A DNA stretch of 64,000 nt from Ginglymostoma cirratum (Eukaryota): assembly GCA_024137785.1 (NCBI GenBank), contig JAHRHZ010000023.1, positions 3,630,507 through 3,694,506 on the forward strand, given 5' to 3'. The notes below the pieces were generated by a model. It searched no databases. It was given only the letters and a program-made list of their open reading frames with translations, and was not told the origin of the DNA. The position numbers and the translations under genes are program-made. Shown piece by piece: positions 50,399-64,000 of this stretch. How positions within the stretch are numbered: the stretch's first letter is position 1; each line of letters begins with the position of its first letter.

Positions 50399-53300
50399 CT
50401 GATCATCCTAATTCAAAGGATGCAAAGGCACCTAAAAAAGGTACAAAGACCATTTACAATGACATTGCCCGCACTGGAAAATTGCAGCTTACCCAAGGAA
50501 AGATTGAATAGTCAGGGCTGTTTTCTGGGAACAGAGGAAGAAGAGGGGAGATTTGATTCAGGTGCAAAGATTGAGGGGGGTCTGAAGACAGTGGTTTGGG
50601 AAGGACTTAATTTCATTATCACAGGGGTCAGTAACTAAGAGGGAGTAGATTAAAAGTGAATGGTTGTATGATTGAAGGGGAGGTAAGGAAACACTATTTC
50701 TCACCCACAAGGTGCAAGGGTTGTGAAATAACCACCTGAATTTTTTTTTTAAAAAAGGGTAAATTAGAGAAAACCTCAAGTTGTCGCCTACATCAGCCTG
50801 TAGACTCCAGGAACACAGACCAAGTGTTAGAAAATGAGATAAGGCTGAGTAGCTCTTCCTGAAGTGAACTCCAGACGTGAGGAAAGAGTGCTAGCTTTTA
50901 ACATCAAGGCTGCAGATGACAGAGTGTGGCATCCAGGAGTCAATAGAAATGTCCACTGGTTGGTGTCAGACCTAGCACAAAAGGCTGGAGGCCAACAATC
51001 CAAGGACATCACTGCAAGAGTTCCACAGGGCAGTGTCCTTAACCCAACCATCTTCAGCCGCTTCAATGATTCTCCTTTTGTGATCGGTCAGAAGCAGGAT
51101 ATTCACTGATGTCCAGCATTATTTGCAACTTCTTAAATTCCGAAGCAACCCTTGTCCCAATGCAACAAAACCTGGGACTTTATCCAGGCTCGGGCTGACA
51201 AATGGCAAACAACATCATACCACACAACTGCCAGACAATGACCATTTCCAACAAGAGAGAATCTAACCATCACCTCTTGACAGTCAATGGTATTACCATC
51301 AATGAACATCCACTATCAACATCATGGAAGATACATTGAGCAGAAGTTGATAGACCAGATCAAAGGCTGGGAATTCTGTGCTAACCCAAGTTAATGTTTT
51401 TTAATTCAAGGTGCTATTGGCGAGGCCAGCATTTACTAACCATCCCAGGGGGCAGTAAGAGTCAACCACATTGCTGTGGGTCTGGAGTCACGTAGTCCAA
51501 ACCAGGTAAGGATAGCAGTTTCCTTCCCTGAAGGATGTTAGTGAACCAGATGGATATTTCCAGCAATCGACAGTGGATTCATGGTCATCATTAAGCTCTT
51601 AATTCCAGATTTTTTTTTTTATTCCACCATCTTCCATGGCAGGATTTGAAACCAGGTCCCTAGAACACGATATGAGTCTCTGGATTAACAATCCAGTGAT
51701 AATACCACTAGGTCGCCACCTCCCTGGGAGGCACCCTCAAGAGTCTGATAGAAGACCTCTTCACTTGCCTGATGAGTCCAACTCCAAGTTCAAGCTCATT
51801 GCTGTTCAAAGACATTTCTTGCTGAAAGTTATGCTTCAATGAATTAGATTCCTTTCCTACAACAGCACCCAACTCTCACCCAATCCTCAGCAGATGGATG
51901 GAGAGTATGGCCTAGCTTCCCAAACCTTCACCCAGAGGATACCAATTACCAGTACGGTTAGGCAAGAGGATTTTACTATATTCAGAACATTACATTCAGA
52001 ATAGACTTTCTAAAGAAAATAATTCCTTAAAAGCACCCTGAAGCTGATAACAAAAGATAACTTGGTGAGAGTAGTTACTGAAATTAGACCATCTCAAACT
52101 AGCTTTCAAACCGTGCATCACCTGCCAAGAAAAGCTATACAAATAGTTCAAACACACCGTTACATCCAAGCCTCTTTCTTTCAAAAGCTTCCAATTTCAC
52201 ACGGCATCCCACCACCAGCGCCATTCCCACTAGTGCAGGTCTTCCAGATTCACTTCTGTAACCACTTCCAAAATAGCTCACAGCAAACTAGGTCAAGGCC
52301 ACAGCCACCAGGGAGATCTTGTGGCTTCCTATCAGGGCTTCCTCTTAATGCTGCAGCTGAACTCAAACATTGAGAGGATCAGAAAAACAAAGTATAAGTT
52401 ACATTTTCAACCCCCATTGTTAGACGCATTTATATTTCAAAACACTAAAAACTTAAAATCCCAGTGAAAATAGATACTGAAGAGGGCTTCACCTCACCAG
52501 ACATCAGATGACAGACTTTGCAGAAAAGTTGAGGATGCAGCAGGGCAGCAGATACATGGGAACATCACCCCCTGCAAGGCCCCTCCAAGCCACTCACCAT
52601 CCTGACTCGGAAATCTATCATAGGTCCCTTAGTGTCACTGGATCAAAATCCTGGAATTCCCTCCCCAACAGCATTGTGGGGGCATGAACCACAATGAATT
52701 AACAAGGCAGCTCACCACTACCTATGGGGCAACTCAGGGTGGACAAAGTATGTTGGTCTGTAGAGCATTCAGATCTCGTGAAAGAATCAGAAATATTCAA
52801 CCCTCTTTCTACATTTCCAGAGATAAAATAATTTGTACCCGGTAATCTTATATTTACATCAGATCACTCATGAAATATTAGGTCAGTCATGGATTACTCA
52901 TGGTTACTTTAAAATTGAGTGGTGTTCAAATATTCTGTAGTGGATACACTGGGGTAGGAACGGAAGTAATGATATGCTGTCCTTACTGAAGGAATAGTTC
53001 ATGAGATACATTTAAATTCCTATATTCCTTCTACATATGCAATTTTGAATTTCTTTTCCACTTGACAAAACCTCTTGTTCACTTCCCAATATGTTTGATG
53101 TCAGTTCGTTACAGAAGTGTCCCATCATCTACAGAAGATTTACCACATGTTCCAGGTGCTCTCTCAATACGATGCCTGGGTCCCAACTGCTGGTGATTTG
53201 AAGTTAGGGTGAAGTGCTGCCACCAGTCCCCAAAGCTATCCTAAGGGTAACTGTAGTGGAAAGTAGGCCACAAGTAAGTCTCAGCAGGAGGTTTCTGCCT

Positions 53301-56300
53301 TAGATAACAATACACAGTTTATTACATCACAGTTACCGGTTTGTTGTTACATTAACTCGAAGGAGAATTAGTTAGCACTAACCAGACGAGTAGAGAACAT
53401 GCATGTGCCCCCATCAGGGCACAGTGCCAGAATCCAACTTATCCAACAGCAACTGCCAGGAGTCCAGAACGTTGCCACAACCTGCCCTAGTCTCCATCAT
53501 GTCCCATCTCAATCAATCAACCTCTTCACAACATACTCCCCAAAGGGAACTCAGTTTAATCTTCAATTGGCTGTGAATAGGGTGCCAGATTGAGGCCTCA
53601 AATTATCCTCATTCCTCTCACTATTAATCCTGTACTGAGCCGAGACTCTAAATAACTGTTAGCAGCTGCTTCCTTGCTCAATTCTTGAGATGTTCACTGA
53701 TTCGTCATTTTACAAACAGCTTTTCCTCAAAGTCAGTGGGATTATTACAGACTGGAAAAAGGACAGTTTGGCAGCTTTGTTGCATTTTTGCACTATTGTA
53801 CAACATTCATGCATTTTCCCTTCATACCTTCCAAAATTCTGTTCTCAAACCATTATTATTTTGGGTTTATAAATTTTTCTTTTATATTCCAGTGGCTGAG
53901 ACAAATGTATAGTACAACATTGGAAAGAGACAACACAGTGTGGAGCTGGAATAATACAGCAGGTCAGGTAGCATCAGTGGGGAGGAACACAGCAGGCCAG
54001 CAGCTTCATTTGGTGCCCAATTACCTTTAACCACAGCACCCTCAGCTCAATTATCAGACACCTCACTAACATTCTACCTGCAGTGTTAAACAATCAATAA
54101 TCGTTAAAACATTCTTATTTGAACAGTGGTGCTCACAGATGTTATTCTACAATAACAAATATTAAAAGACAAATTATTTTGTATCTTCCACATCCTCTTT
54201 TTCCCATCCTATCCCAGAAAGTAAATGATCTGTGCATGATTGTTACAGGAACATAGACTGATGTACAACTAAAATACTATATGCTGGCAAAAGATGTGAA
54301 GCTGAAGACAAAATTTTACATGAGAGAAGATCATGAGCACTCTCACCCCCTCCTTCACCTCCAACTTCCTGCACATACCAAAGCCAAAAATCTGTCAATT
54401 TAAAATACAAGACTCCAACAGTTAACCAAAATATCAAGACAGCAATTCACCAGATATCTACAGAAACATAATGCGTCTCAGTTGCTTTTTTTTTTTAAAC
54501 TGACATCCAGTTTTAAGGATTGCATCCATTTATTTGAAGCTTGCTGCCAACAGCAAGATCCTAAGGGGCGGTTTGTGTGCGCGCGTGCGTGGAGAAGAGG
54601 GAGGGAAGGGACACCGACTTGCATTCTTGATGAATTAAAATTTCAAAGTGTTTCACAGGAAAGAGATATCATAGGACAGGTGGTTTTCAAGCCCAGCCTT
54701 CAACAGCAGTGCCTCTGAAGTAAATACCACGCAGCACACCAAAGTCAAACATTGACATGCTGAGAAACTGAAACGTTCCTGACAACCTTTACAGAAACAA
54801 ACTCATTTTAATACAGCTGGCTTGTATGGAATTTTCCCAGGCAGTGGAAAGTTGGTAGCACAAAGGTAAATTGTTGCAAACCGTAATGCACCATTGTTTT
54901 ATGGTCATTATGTCAGCTATAAGATCATACAATATACAAACAAGGCAATCTCTATGCTCGGACTGCAAGTAACTAGTCGAGAACCACTTCAAAAAAGAAG
55001 CGTTGAATTTTAAACTTTTTTTTCAGGGAGTCGGGAGCAAAACAAAAATGCGTTCGGGACAATGGTGAATTGCTGCTGTTTTGTTTCGTAACAGAAATGG
55101 CAAACTGAATCCAAAATAATCTCAATTCTACCTATTCTGGATCATTTCTATTTTTCCCCAATGACCAAAATTATATAATTCAGCAGTGAATATTCTTTAA
55201 AATTTAGTTTGTCACATCAGATGATGCACATTCCCATGGATGCACTTGCCAAAACCTCTCTGTCCTGCTTTAGAAAAGGATACTCTTTAAGCTGATTAAT
55301 TAACCAAAATTTTTATTCTTAAATTAGACAGACTTAAAAAGTACGGAGAACCAGTAAGGCGGTGGATAAATCAATGCAAAAAACAAAACAAACTAGGTTT
55401 TCCATCAAGTATTGTAGAATCTAACCAGAATAGTTGCTTCACTATAGCCTCTTTTCTCTTTTATGCTACACTCACACTCACACGGTAGCACGATCACAAA
55501 ACATTCATAAACAGCCAAAATGCAACAGGAAAAGAAAAACATGTATTAGGCAATACACGATGGAGCAATTTTTTTGAATTGCATCAACTCACACTGCTCC
55601 ACTACTACTACACAAATTACTACTTGCAATGCATCAAGGAGACAAATATTGTTCAAAGTAACCTCCCCAGTTACCAGATATTAGCCAAGGGGCATTCTAC
55701 AGTAGTGATGGAATGTGTTCTTCACAGTTCAATTAAAAACATTAAAGTATCAGATATCCTAGTTGCAATACAGTTAGTCAAAGCATTATACAACTTCCAG
55801 ATGTCTTAAGCAATTTCTATATTTTGCAGCTCTAACAGAGCATTTGTTCAATTTCAACAACAAAAAAAAAATTGTTCCCACTTGGAAATTGAGAGCCCCC
55901 CGAAAAGCACAAACATGCTTCCAGCTGACAGCACAGCAGAAGATTCAAACAATGGTTTCCCTGTTTCCTCAGACATTTGTTTGCACTCAGTCTTCAGAAA
56001 GAAAGCAAGTGTCCTGGTCCTGCTTTAGAAAAGGATACTCTTTAGAGCTGATTAATTAGCCAAAAGTTAGCAAGTTTAGCACAAAGTACCTTTCAGCAGA
56101 GATAGAATTTGCGATAACGCTCACCTCAGAGAGGGTCTACAAATTAAAACCAGAAACTAAGCAGGCTCACCAGGAAAACAGGTCCATTTAAAATTCTGAG
56201 TGAATGCTTAGAACAGAAAAGTCAGTAAATATTCATGTTATAACTTAATATTCAAATTCATAAATGATTCGAAAAACTTCAACCCATCAACAGTGACAAA

Positions 56301-57487
56301 AACCATTAACAACCTCAACTTGTGCCAAAAACAAAACCACTGCCACAAAATAAACCTACTGCACACCTATGCCAGCATGAATGGGCAGCTAGCCTGTTTA
56401 AACTGGGTAAAATCCTGCCAGGTTAAATTGAACACATTACTGACGCTATGATCTTTTTCCCTGGCTAGACAATACCACCAATGTGCAGCGATTAGAAGAT
56501 ACAACTGAAGGATGAGGAGGCGGGGGAGAATCTAAGCATTTAACGTCTTCAATTGGATGCAAATTTTCTACTGACATAAGGGGCCCACTGCCTGAGTAAT
56601 TGCCCCAATACAAAATGGAATATTGGAGAGAGGGTCACTAAACCTTTCATAAGCAAACAAAAAGGTTCTCCCCATCCGCAGTTTATAAACACTTCTGAAG
56701 TAAACAGTTTAAAAAAAAACAAAATCGCCATTTCAATGTGGTTCTAGTTTGTAATGTTTACGCTCACTCTAGCAGTAGAAATATGTTGCCCATTAGTGTG
56801 GGCACAGTAAATCATCATCCACTACTTGCATCATAAAGAGTGTAAAATAAGCCTTTCAACTACTTGGACATCGTTTACCAAAATATCAGGCCAACCTGCA
56901 TCCGTCTAAGGCAGTGACATTGTAGTAATATCACTCGATTAGTAATCCATAGACCCAGGCAGATGCCCTCGAGAATCAGTTTCAAACCGTTGAGCTTGTG
57001 GAATTTAAACCTAATTAACGAAACATGGAAAATAAAAGCTGGTCTTGGTAACTATAACATGAAACTACCTATCTGGTTCATTAACATCCTTTAGGAGAAA
57101 GAAATCTGCCCCTCTTAACTGGTCTGATCTACATATGAATCCAGATTTATTATAATGTGGCTCACTCTGAACTGGCCCAGCTAGCCATCCAGTTCAAAGG
57201 CAATTGGGAATGGACAAATGCTAGCTTTGCCACAGGCATGATATCCTATGAAAGGATAAAAAAAAAACACAGACACCAAGTCTCCAAGATGTTCCAGTCA
57301 TCAATACAGAAGAACCCTCCCTTCCTGTTACAAGTATTGCAACAACATAGATAAAGCAGCTACTTCAACAACATGGGGCTACTTCATCCAGCCCCATGCT
57401 TGTTATCTCGGATTCTCCAGCATCTGCAGTACCTTTTATCTCCTCTACTTCAACAACATTTTGCGATTACATTTTCCATTCATGTAC

Positions 57488-57641
57488 CTTAAACAAGTCA
57501 AGTTCCACGCGGAGACGATTGTTGTCTGACAGCAAGTCTCGATTTCTGCTTTCAGCATGTTCAAGCTGAGTTTCCAGTTCTGCTTCTAATTCACGGCTTC
57601 CTTCCTGGAACTCGATTAGCTCTTCCCGAGTATTCTGTGCA
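57488..57641 (-). CDS. NDE1: NDE1 coding exon 2 ([51 protein letters not shown])
   Basis: TAG acceptor, GTACAT donor; 154 nt; [13 protein letters not shown] and RNRDLLS.NNRLR match NDE1. Confidence 0.95.
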
Positions 57642-57976
57642 CTAATGGTGGGATCAAAATAACGTCAATCATTTTTAACGTCAATCTTTTTTAACATTTT
57701 GAATTTCCCCAACATCTTGAGCAAAACTAGGGTCTGTAACTACAAGATAACCACTAACAAATCTAAGAATTAAGGAATAGTAGGAACTGCAGATGCTGGA
57801 GAATCTGAGATAACAAGGAGCAGAGCTGGATGAACACAGCAGGCCAAGCAGCATCAGAGGAGCACGAAAGCTGACGTTTCGGGCCTAGACCCTTCTTCAG
57901 AAAAATTGGCTTGCTGTGTTCATCCAGCGCTACACCTTGTTATATCAGATTGTCCAGCATCTGCAGTTCCTACTAT

Positions 57977-58376
57977 NNNNNNNNNNNNNNNNNNNNNNNN
58001 NNNNNNNNNNNNNNNNNNNNNNNNNNNNNNNNNNNNNNNNNNNNNNNNNNNNNNNNNNNNNNNNNNNNNNNNNNNNNNNNNNNNNNNNNNNNNNNNNNNN
58101 NNNNNNNNNNNNNNNNNNNNNNNNNNNNNNNNNNNNNNNNNNNNNNNNNNNNNNNNNNNNNNNNNNNNNNNNNNNNNNNNNNNNNNNNNNNNNNNNNNNN
58201 NNNNNNNNNNNNNNNNNNNNNNNNNNNNNNNNNNNNNNNNNNNNNNNNNNNNNNNNNNNNNNNNNNNNNNNNNNNNNNNNNNNNNNNNNNNNNNNNNNNN
58301 NNNNNNNNNNNNNNNNNNNNNNNNNNNNNNNNNNNNNNNNNNNNNNNNNNNNNNNNNNNNNNNNNNNNNNNNNNNN
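57977..58376. other. Assembly gap (400 N)
   Basis: N run. Confidence 0.99.
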
Positions 58377-58378
58377 CG

Positions 58379-58414
58379 TTTTCTGAAGAAGGGTCTAGGC
58401 CCGAAACGTCAGCT
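58379..58414 (+). ncRNA. Minimal hammerhead ribozyme motif, family B (similar at ~39027-39060(-), 4335-4368(+), 37020-37052(-), 57870-57902(-))
   Basis: CTGAAGA-A-GGGT(CTAG)GCCC-GAAA-CG-TC; stem I is weak in this copy. Confidence 0.55.
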
Positions 58415-58966
58415 TTCCTGCTCCTCTGATGCTGCTTGGCCTGCTGTGTTCATCCAGCTCTGCACCTTGTTATCTCAGATTCTCCAGCATCTGCAGTTCC
58501 TACTATCTCTAATAAAGCATTAAGCCATTTTACCCAGAGAGACTGCAATATGAAACCACAGGAAGAAACTTTACAGTGATCTTTTCAAAGGAATCAATAA
58601 GCGAGGTAGACAGAATGGAATGAAGACAGAGTTGGATGAAGACTGGTGGCAGAAGTTTAATCTAGAGTTTATGCACCAGCACACACCATTTAAGTTGAAT
58701 GGCCTGTTTACACACTGAAAAATTATGTTAAAATATTTCAATTGCAGAGTCAGTAATTAACCATTTATAAAACAAGTTAAAGTATCAGTTAGTTGCAAGA
58801 AACAGATAGTGCAGGGCATTACATTTGTGTAAAAAGTGATTAGAACTTTTACACATGGATATCAGCTTTTAGCTTTACATATTCAAAGTGTTCTATTTGT
58901 AAATATTCACAATAACCAAACTGAGCCCCACATTTTCTAATTAGTACATCCTTGTTCTGTACTTAC

Positions 58967-59052
58967 CAGTGTTGGTACTTTAGAGCAAGATCTTTCCAAT
59001 AAGCAATTTCATCCTCAACGGATTCGAAAGCCATTGTTTCCAAATCATCCAT
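58967..59052 (-). CDS. NDE1: NDE1 first coding exon (MDDLETMAFESVEDEIAYWKDLALKYQH)
   Basis: GCAATGG start context, acceptor near 59075, GTAAGT donor; 86 coding nt; YWKDLA motif of the NudE family. Confidence 0.93.
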
Positions 59053-60517
59053 TGCAACAGGTCCAAATTTGCTGTCTACATTCAAACAGAAAGCAATATA
59101 TATCACACACTATTCAAGTTCAGTAAAGATATTTGCCTGAAAAATACAAGCAGTCATGCGAAAGCTAATTTTTTTTTTTCCATTCTCAGGCCAGCCTAGC
59201 ATAGAGTCAGTCCTCCCCACATCCATGTGATGTACAGCTATTATATAGCTGGCATTAAATACCAGGGATAATCTCAAACAACTCTGACATGTTGTAGCGT
59301 GTTTCCTTTTCTTTTAAACTTGAAGGTCTAAGACTGTGACAACAGCTTTAGTAATTTGATCATTACTAAGCTCCCAAAAAAATAAAGCCCTCCTTTGTCA
59401 CACTCTAGCTGTGAACATAAAGGCTTAATGCAATGAAGGATCAAATGATAGCTTTGCTGGTATGGCTTGAGTAATGCATAAAGTCATTTTCATAAATCAA
59501 GAAAATGCCAGAGTACGATTAAAAAAAATATTTTGCTTTGAAAGAAAGCACATTTCTAGCTATTCTACCCGATCACTTTCTGTGTGAACAAACGCACAAC
59601 GCAAATAAGTCTTTCTGACATAGACTGTGGCACTGGTAAATTCATCACTCTACCTGATACAAAAGTCATAAAAAGGGTCTTTAATACTTTTCAAGATAGG
59701 TACAGAATTTTTATGAAAGTGGTAGGCAGAGCACAAGGCCACCTCAGCAGAGGTGCGTGTGCATGTGCATGTGCGTGAAAAAACAAACAGTCCTTAGAAA
59801 CCTTAACGTCTCTTGGCTCGGGCTTCTTTGTTGATATTCAACAGGTTGGCATCTTGGGCCTTATTAATTACACACTGAGTAAAGGCCAATAATGATGTTC
59901 AGTACAAGGCAAACTAAATGTGATCTCAAGCTAAAGTAATGGGCAAAGGGAGGGTGACCCTCCCACCTCCCTGCAGACATCGGTCAGAGCTACTCAAATA
60001 AGGTGACTAGTGGAAGGGAACCAACCAATCCCCAGAAATAAAGTACATCAACACTCATACGGAGACAGGGGGTGGTCCTCATCAAGAACTGCCTTGTCCA
60101 GATAACCAGAAAGTTTGGGGAAGAGTTTCCTAACTCTTTACCTACTCAGTCTAATGGTCCTACCACAGCTACAGACCAAAAACTATATGCCAGCCATTCA
60201 TTGGCCACCCAGGATCAGTCAGCCACACTCACCTGTTACAGGTTGTATGCTCCTATCTATTTAGCTTTTGCATCAGATCTACACTAAGTTCCTTAATAAA
60301 CTATCTTAAAATCACTCAAGTTCTCAATCACGTTTTTGGGTAATCTATGAATTGTGAACCTTAAAAAGCTTACAAATGGTACAAAGCTAATGCAAAGATA
60401 GAACTGAAGTTGTGCTAACCCAATCATGATAACCTGCAGGTATCATTTCTCAAAAGTACTAATTTTGTGGGTGGAGACATTGGACAATCAGCAGGATTGA
60501 GTCTATATATATTTATG

Positions 60518-60685
60518 ATGGGGAGGTGCCAGTGTTGGACTGGGTGGACAAGGTCAGAAATCACACGATGCAGTGTTCCGTACGCTTCTTTCTCACTTCA
60601 CCCAAAGGAGCAATGCTTCAAAAGCTCGTGTTTTCAAATAAACCTGTTGGACTTTAACCTAGTGTCGTGCAATTTCTGACTTCAC
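60518..60685. mobile_element. Degenerate fold-back PLE-like element, family D
   Basis: Inverted ends GTCAGAAATCACACGA / TCGTGCAATTTCTGAC; eroded hammerhead-like AAGGAGCAATGCTTCAAAAGCT; flanking ATA(T/C)ATTTATG repeat (60507-60517 / 60686-60696). Confidence 0.5.
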
Positions 60686-60844
60686 ATACATTTATGTTTA
60701 ACATTTTACTTAACTACACTACTTTATAAAGATGTTAAAACCTGATGGTTGTAAGGAAAAAGAATCATCCTCCAAATGCAATTCTGCCTTTCAGAGCAAC
60801 TCAAAAATCAATTTGCATCACAAATAAATAGGGTGGGTATGGCA

Positions 60845-61435
60845 GTGTTTAGCATGCTTGCCTTCATTGCTCAGACCTTTGAGTAAACGAGTTGGGGCAT
60901 CATGTCAAGTTTGTACAGTACATTGGTGAGACTTATTCTGGAGTAGTGTGTCCAGTTCTGGGTCTCGCTGTGATAGGAAGGATATTATTAAGCTGGAGAG
61001 GGCTCAAAAGAGATTTATCAGCACGTTGCCAGGAATGGAGGGTAAGAGTTATAAGGAGAAGCTGGGACATTTTTCCACTGGAGCATAGGAGGTTGAGATG
61101 CGACCCGATAGCAGCTTCCAAGGTCATGAGAGGTACAGATAAGGTGAATGGCAGGTGTCTTTTCCCTGGGGTGAGGGATTTCAAGACGAGATGAGAGGAG
61201 AAAGATTTTAAAAAGACTGAGGGGTAACACAGTAGTTCATGTGTGGTATGAACTGTTAAAGGAAGTGGTAGATGCAGGTACAGTTACAATGTTTAAAAGA
61301 CATTTGGATAGGTACATGAATAAGAAAGATTTGGAAGGATATGGGCCAAGCACAGGCAGGTGGGACTAATTTAGTTTGGATTATGTTCCGCACAGACTGG
61401 TTGGACTGAGGGTCTGTTTCCATGCTGTATGATTC
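60845..61435 (+). mobile_element. CR1-type LINE 3' end
   Basis: Degenerate ORF2 C-terminus (LEHRRLRCD) plus 3'UTR similar to other copies. Confidence 0.75.
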
Positions 61436-64000
61436 TTAAAAAAAAAACAAAGACCCATTGCTTTAAACATTAATAAGTAGGTAACACTGTGGGACGTATT
61501 GGTGCATTAATTGCTCTCCTTTAACATTTCAAAGTAGAAAAATACCTCTCTTGTCCCCAAGTAAACATTATTTCACATATTGTTCCCTATTGAATACTTT
61601 TTTTGCTTTGTTTTGATTCTTATTTGGTATGATTCTCAATATACCACGGGCAAGTGTGTGAAATAATGCGGAAACCAGACCGTAAGCATCAACTGACGAG
61701 ACATCACAAAGTCAAGCCCAGTGCAAGTTGTCCATTTTTCCCAGCAAGATCTTACGTTAGCGACCACGAGCAACAGCTTTAACCAGGGAGCACTTAAGTC
61801 AAAGTAGCGCAGTGAGAACAACATATCACAGACCAGGAATTAAATCGAGCACATTACGTCCTTTAGGCTCTACATTACAACACACCATCACTATACTAAC
61901 TGTGCAAATCTTCAGTATACACGTTAATTAAAAACTCTGAAGTGAGACTCTCAGGCATGAATACATAAGATCTGAAGAAATTTGCACTCTTAAAAAGAAA
62001 CTGCAGTTTTGTTGAACGTTCCCAGATTTTAGAAAACTGACTGACCGATGACTAAAGAGCTGACTAAACCCGAGACCTACTCACCACAAGGTCAGGCTGA
62101 GAATGATGTCAAAACAAGAGGGGATAAAACTATTTTTAAAATGTTGCAATGGTGGAAAATCTCTTCACATTTTGAAAAAAAAAAGGAAGAGAAGCTGATA
62201 GGACAGTCTTAAATATGGAAAAATTCAAACATTTATATAGCTACTGAAAGCATCCATTCGACTTCTATTCCATTAGAGAGGGAAAACAGAGGAAAGGAGG
62301 GACAAAAATAAAAGGAAACAAATTAAAAGTCAGACCAAGGGAATAAAGGAACATATGACTCATGATGTAATAGTACCAAGATATGACTGAAATCTGGTTA
62401 GAGTTTAGGCTGCCAAGAATTCTTGGCAAAACTTGTGATGTAGATGAATAATATAAAAATAGAACATAGGATACAGGAAACAAGGCTGACAGCATGAAAG
62501 ACCAGAGAGAAGAGAAGGAAAAAAATAGCAGCAATAGGCAAGAGGAACAAAATATGAATAGTCAAGTTTTGAGCAAATGGACATTCGTGAAGATCAGTGG
62601 ATATCAGAAGAAGCGAGAGTCAACATGGATAAACAAAGCGCTGGTTGAAAAGTTAGACCTGGAGATGAGAAGCACACGCATGGAAGCTGCATCTTTGTGT
62701 AGACGAGGGAGGAAGATCCAATGACTGATGCTGAGGCGGGGGGCTGGGTGAAGATGAGAAGCAATTATCAGGGTGCACCAGTCACATTAATACGGACACA
62801 GTAACATCACCTCCTGTCTCTGTTGTCCATTCAGCAGCTTGGCAGTGAAGGAATTCAACACCGTCAAAGATGTAGGTGTCAAACTAGATAAATGCTGTCG
62901 GAGACACCAATAAAAGTTTAGCGATGTTGTGAAAGAGTTGAGGAATATAATTTGGCCAAGTGGAGAGAGTGTATGCGTTGATTGAGCACAGGAAGTACCT
63001 TGCCTCTGAATGAGATCTCTGTGATACAGGACACAAGAGTTTGACGATTAAACTGATGGGATAAAATGCAAAGAATGCAACAATCAGATTAAGGAAACTT
63101 TTAAGTGGGGGTTTAAAATTACCATTTCGAATATAGAAACCAAGGAAAATCTCACTGATAATGTGATATTTGCAGAGGTAAGACCCAAACAGAACTTCAA
63201 AGTGGGTTTTAAAGTAAACTAACAAATAACACAGAATATTACAAGCCTACTAACCGAGCCAACCCAATTTCAGGACTGCATACCCATGTCATGTTTATTT
63301 CCACACTAATGTCTAGAAAGGGTGACTCAAATGATCCTGAAATCAACCTCTGCTAATCCTGCCAGGAACATACAGTGGAATCCACTCAAAACAGGAGGTG
63401 ATGGCACTCTTTTCCAGTTTAGCAATCCGAAACAGCCTGCTTATCCTCATACCTGTGATATTACATTACAGTTTGTGGGGCCCTGCATCTCCCACTGGGG
63501 ACCAGTTCTAAAATTTTGCACTTGTCCTTTCTTCAGGAGTAGCTGGATTTTTTGACAACTTTATTTTAAACCAAAGGCATGCAGTTTGAGCAACATTAAA
63601 AAGTAACTTTATTCATTCCACGTAATCAAGCCATTAAATACCAAAAAGAATCCTGCACTGCAAGCTACAGATACTGATAAACAACCTTTTAAATTAGTCA
63701 AATGAAACATTTTACCATATTTATTATGACAACGCATTCCTTCAAAACAAACTTTAAAAGCTTTATATTTTAAGGCATTTCTAAAGGGTCTCACAAGACA
63801 TACAAATTCCATTCCATTGAGCACCTCCAACTACTGGTATGATCATACAGAGAGATCCATCAGCAACAGGAGATGATGGTGTGGTGGTAATGTCACTGGA
63901 CAAAATAACACAGCTCATGGTCTGGAGTGTGGATTCAAACTATCACACAACAGATGGTGACATTTTAATTAAAACAGAATGAGAAAGCTAAGACTACTGG

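Noticed and set aside
54560-54620. CpG cluster (GTGTGCGCGCGTGCGT, GGGGCGG) as the NDE1 promoter
   Set aside because: Too short for a CpG island and located downstream of the start codon; the non-coding first exon and promoter probably lie beyond 64000
57661-57695. Short tandem duplication AACGTCAATC(A/T)TTTTT near an NDE1 acceptor (similar micro-duplications at ~18436-18507 and ~8021-8061)
   Set aside because: Ordinary slippage-type duplications; no spacer structure or CRISPR-like periodicity
57906-58523. Long ORFs of 156-205 aa
   Set aside because: Span the second N gap; flanks are family-B repeat

Overview
Vertebrate genomic DNA, almost certainly from a shark or other elasmobranch, judged from HE1/V-SINE-like and DeuSINE-like SINEs and HER1/CR1-type LINEs. 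Two convergent intron-rich genes are present. On the + strand are the last seven exons of smooth-muscle myosin heavy chain MYH11 (1756-16689, 3'UTR to ~17350), including a 33-nt SM2-type stop-containing micro-exon at 13766-13798 that the ORF track misses. On the - strand is the complete 8-exon coding region of NDE1 (59052->30087; 1032 nt = 343 aa ending GVVKILL). The introns are packed with retroelements. The most striking repeats are many short fold-back insertions derived from at least four Penelope-like element (PLE) families. They carry minimal type-I hammerhead ribozyme cores (CUGANGA-N-stemII-GAAA-CG-UH), often back-to-back on opposite strands. Many have 11-16 bp target-site duplications, and three longer copies retain GIY-YIG endonuclease remnants. 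Both 400-N gaps lie within such elements. Exon coordinates were read at splice-site resolution; repeat boundaries are approximate and family names are by recognition, not database search.
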